DNA from: Raillietiella orientalis | Taxonomy: Eukaryota | Assembly: GCA_036172245.1 (NCBI GenBank) | Contig: JAYWIR010000024.1 | Coordinates: forward strand, 1,674,001-1,738,000 | Direction of reading: 5' to 3' | DNA: 64,000 bases | In this document: positions 62,050-64,000 of the stretch, piece by piece | How the letters are laid out: the number at the start of each line of letters is the position of its first letter | Position numbering within the stretch: the first letter of the stretch is position 1 | Notes under the pieces: model-generated | Databases searched by the model: none | Seen by the model: the letters and a program-made list of their open reading frames with translations, nothing else | What the model was told of the DNA's origin: nothing | Program-made: the position numbers and the translations under genes

Positions 62050-62830
62050 CTCCCCCCGCGTGCCAACGAAGGAGCCGTTCGAAGCGGGTCTGCGCGTGTG
62101 GAAATGGGCAGAGACTGTTCGTCATGGCGATCGTGCTCCATGTTGCGCGCCAGCCGTTTGTTCCAGGTTCCTGGGGGCACTCGGGGGCCTTTGTTTATCG
62201 AAAATGAGCAGCCGAACCTGGATGCCGCCCACCTTCCAGAGGTCCGACATGCCCTCGCAAAAGGACTTCCCAAAGAGCTCGCCACCTGCTCTCCGAGGAA
62301 CGGTTCCATCTTCCGCATGTGGACGCGACCTTCTGCTACAGTCGTTTCGGGGTGCTTTCGCATCTGCGCTGGACGACGTCCAACACCAGCGAACGCATCA
62401 GTTGATCTGCGTTCCCTGCTTACAGAGAACACCGTTCTTGGGATCCCGCGTTGGTCAGCGACCTTGCTATAACGAGAGGGAATTCGAGTTCTTGGCTACA
62501 GGAGACGGGGAGTGGTTAACCTCTTACCTCTTTCCTGCCTTCCCCCCTTTCTTTTCTTTTCCCTTGTTTCCTGGCTCCTCCTCCTCATCTGGTCTTCAAC
62601 GCTTGCGAGTCGACGATTCCCGTTCTCGTCCAGAACGCAACTTTGGTATTAACCCAAAGGCCGAGAAGCCGTTATTCCAGAACTCCAAGGCTTGCATACG
62701 AATCCTTCGTTTCCTGCTTCCTGTTTGTTGCTCTTCCTGCATGCTGCTTGTTGTTGTCCTTCCCGTGGGCTGATTGTTCTTCCTGCTTCCTGTTTGTTGC
62801 TTCTACCGTTCTCTGTTCCTCTGTTTATTC
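62050..62830 (+). mobile_element. Possible DIRS/Ngaro-type remnant (tyrosine-recombinase-like tail plus terminal repeat)
   Basis: 'RGPLFIENEQP...VRHALAKGL...SIFRM...AGR' loosely resembles a YR C-terminus; 62675-62800 is related in reverse to ~27870-27980. Confidence 0.25.
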
Positions 62831-64000
62831 TGGTTTATGAATGAATGACCGGAAATGACCGGCAGGCAATTCGGGATGCACGGAAAACCTCCAATCTCTT
62901 TAGGGGCCCAACCCCAAGTAAACAGTGGAGGAACTGAGGAAGAATGTCCAGAGCCCCCCTATAACCAGTTATGTAACTGCCATATAAGCAATTAACTCGT
63001 TTGTATTTTCAAAGTAGGAAACACTTGGTGTTTTTTTACTTGAAACCGAAGCGTCATTTCCGTGGGCCTTTTCAGAGAATCCTTCATCCTAGGAAGGAAG
63101 GTTTGCCCTTTGAGGGAAATTCACGGCAGTTCGGGGGCGCATGAGGAACCTTAGTCGTGTACCCACACGGAGTCGCCTGTCCGTTCCATCCGTCTAGATG
63201 CTCCATCCGTCTTGGAGGAACTGACGGCGAATGCTCTCCGGACGAAAAGCTTCCTCATGGCCATGACAGCCCAGCTGGAAGTTACTGCTGTGGACAGCCT
63301 GCTGCTTCTGTAGTGGCGTCTGAGAGGAAGAGTTCGCCGACGGGGCGCGTGGGCAAAGTGCTTGGTGCTATACGAGGTGCTAGAGGGCACGCGTTCCCTC
63401 AAGACACCCGCTGTCCCCTTCCTTTCCCTGGTCCTGACTGGGTGTCGGGAGCTTCGGTGTTGGACTCAGAGGGCGACTGTGAGCCCGGAAGCTGCAGCTT
63501 GCGGAACGATGCCTCTCCTCGGAAGGCGGCGATGTGGAGGCAGAGGAGCAGAACCCCTGAACAGGGGGTCTCTCCAGAAGTTACGCAGCTCCTTCACCCG
63601 TGCCTTCCGTTTCCGGTCGCCAAGGATACGCTGACGGGGCGCGAAACTCCCTGAGCATCCAGGCTCATCGAGCCACGGCGATACGACGGCAGTGCAGACC
63701 GCATGGATGGCATCGCTGCAAGGCACTTTCCATGCTGTTCCACGCGTTTGCACCTGGCGATGGGAACCGCCCAAGTCAGAGAAGACAATCGGAGCGCAAG
63801 GGACGCCGCTCCAGGACGGTTCCGCCTTTCCTACCCGTCCGGTGGTGGAAAGGGTTCTTCTTTCCCAGCCACGTCACCCGAGCACGACTATCTCCGGATC
63901 CTGGGCAAGCAAGTTTGCACCCGGTCACGCCTGGACATTCATTTAAAAACAAACCACAAACAAGGGGAACGGTGTTCCCTAAATACAGAATGTTCTAGGA

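Noticed and set aside
63150..64000. CR1/L2-like RT C-terminal remnant
   Set aside because: Only a faint resemblance (KVLGAIR...FLSLV); insufficient support.

Overview
Eukaryotic, GC-rich, repeat-dense genomic DNA, most likely from an arthropod (inferred from the EGFRAP-type SH2 sequence and TTAGG-like repeats). One host gene can be reconstructed: a 9-exon, ~447-aa PTB+SH2 adaptor (SH2D5/EGFRAP-like) on the + strand at 30442-61432. It has a candidate internal alternative first exon encoding MGRVKCC. The best-preserved mobile element is a nearly full-length L1/Tx1-clade LINE (15963-20942, - strand, 16-bp target-site duplication). Its empty target site is present in a duplicate copy at 55020-55035. 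A 5'-truncated relative (23333-23883) shares a covarying 3'-terminal hairpin in place of a poly(A) tail. Also present are a ~1.2-kb degenerate 28S rRNA fragment with a very long D3 segment, a tRNA-headed SINE family, a pogo/Tigger-type MITE, an AT-rich foldback element, piggyBac fossils, and many eroded LINE/LTR/Harbinger remnants. Most ORFs in the supplied track are spurious GC-rich frames. All homology calls are from motif recognition by eye; no searches were run.
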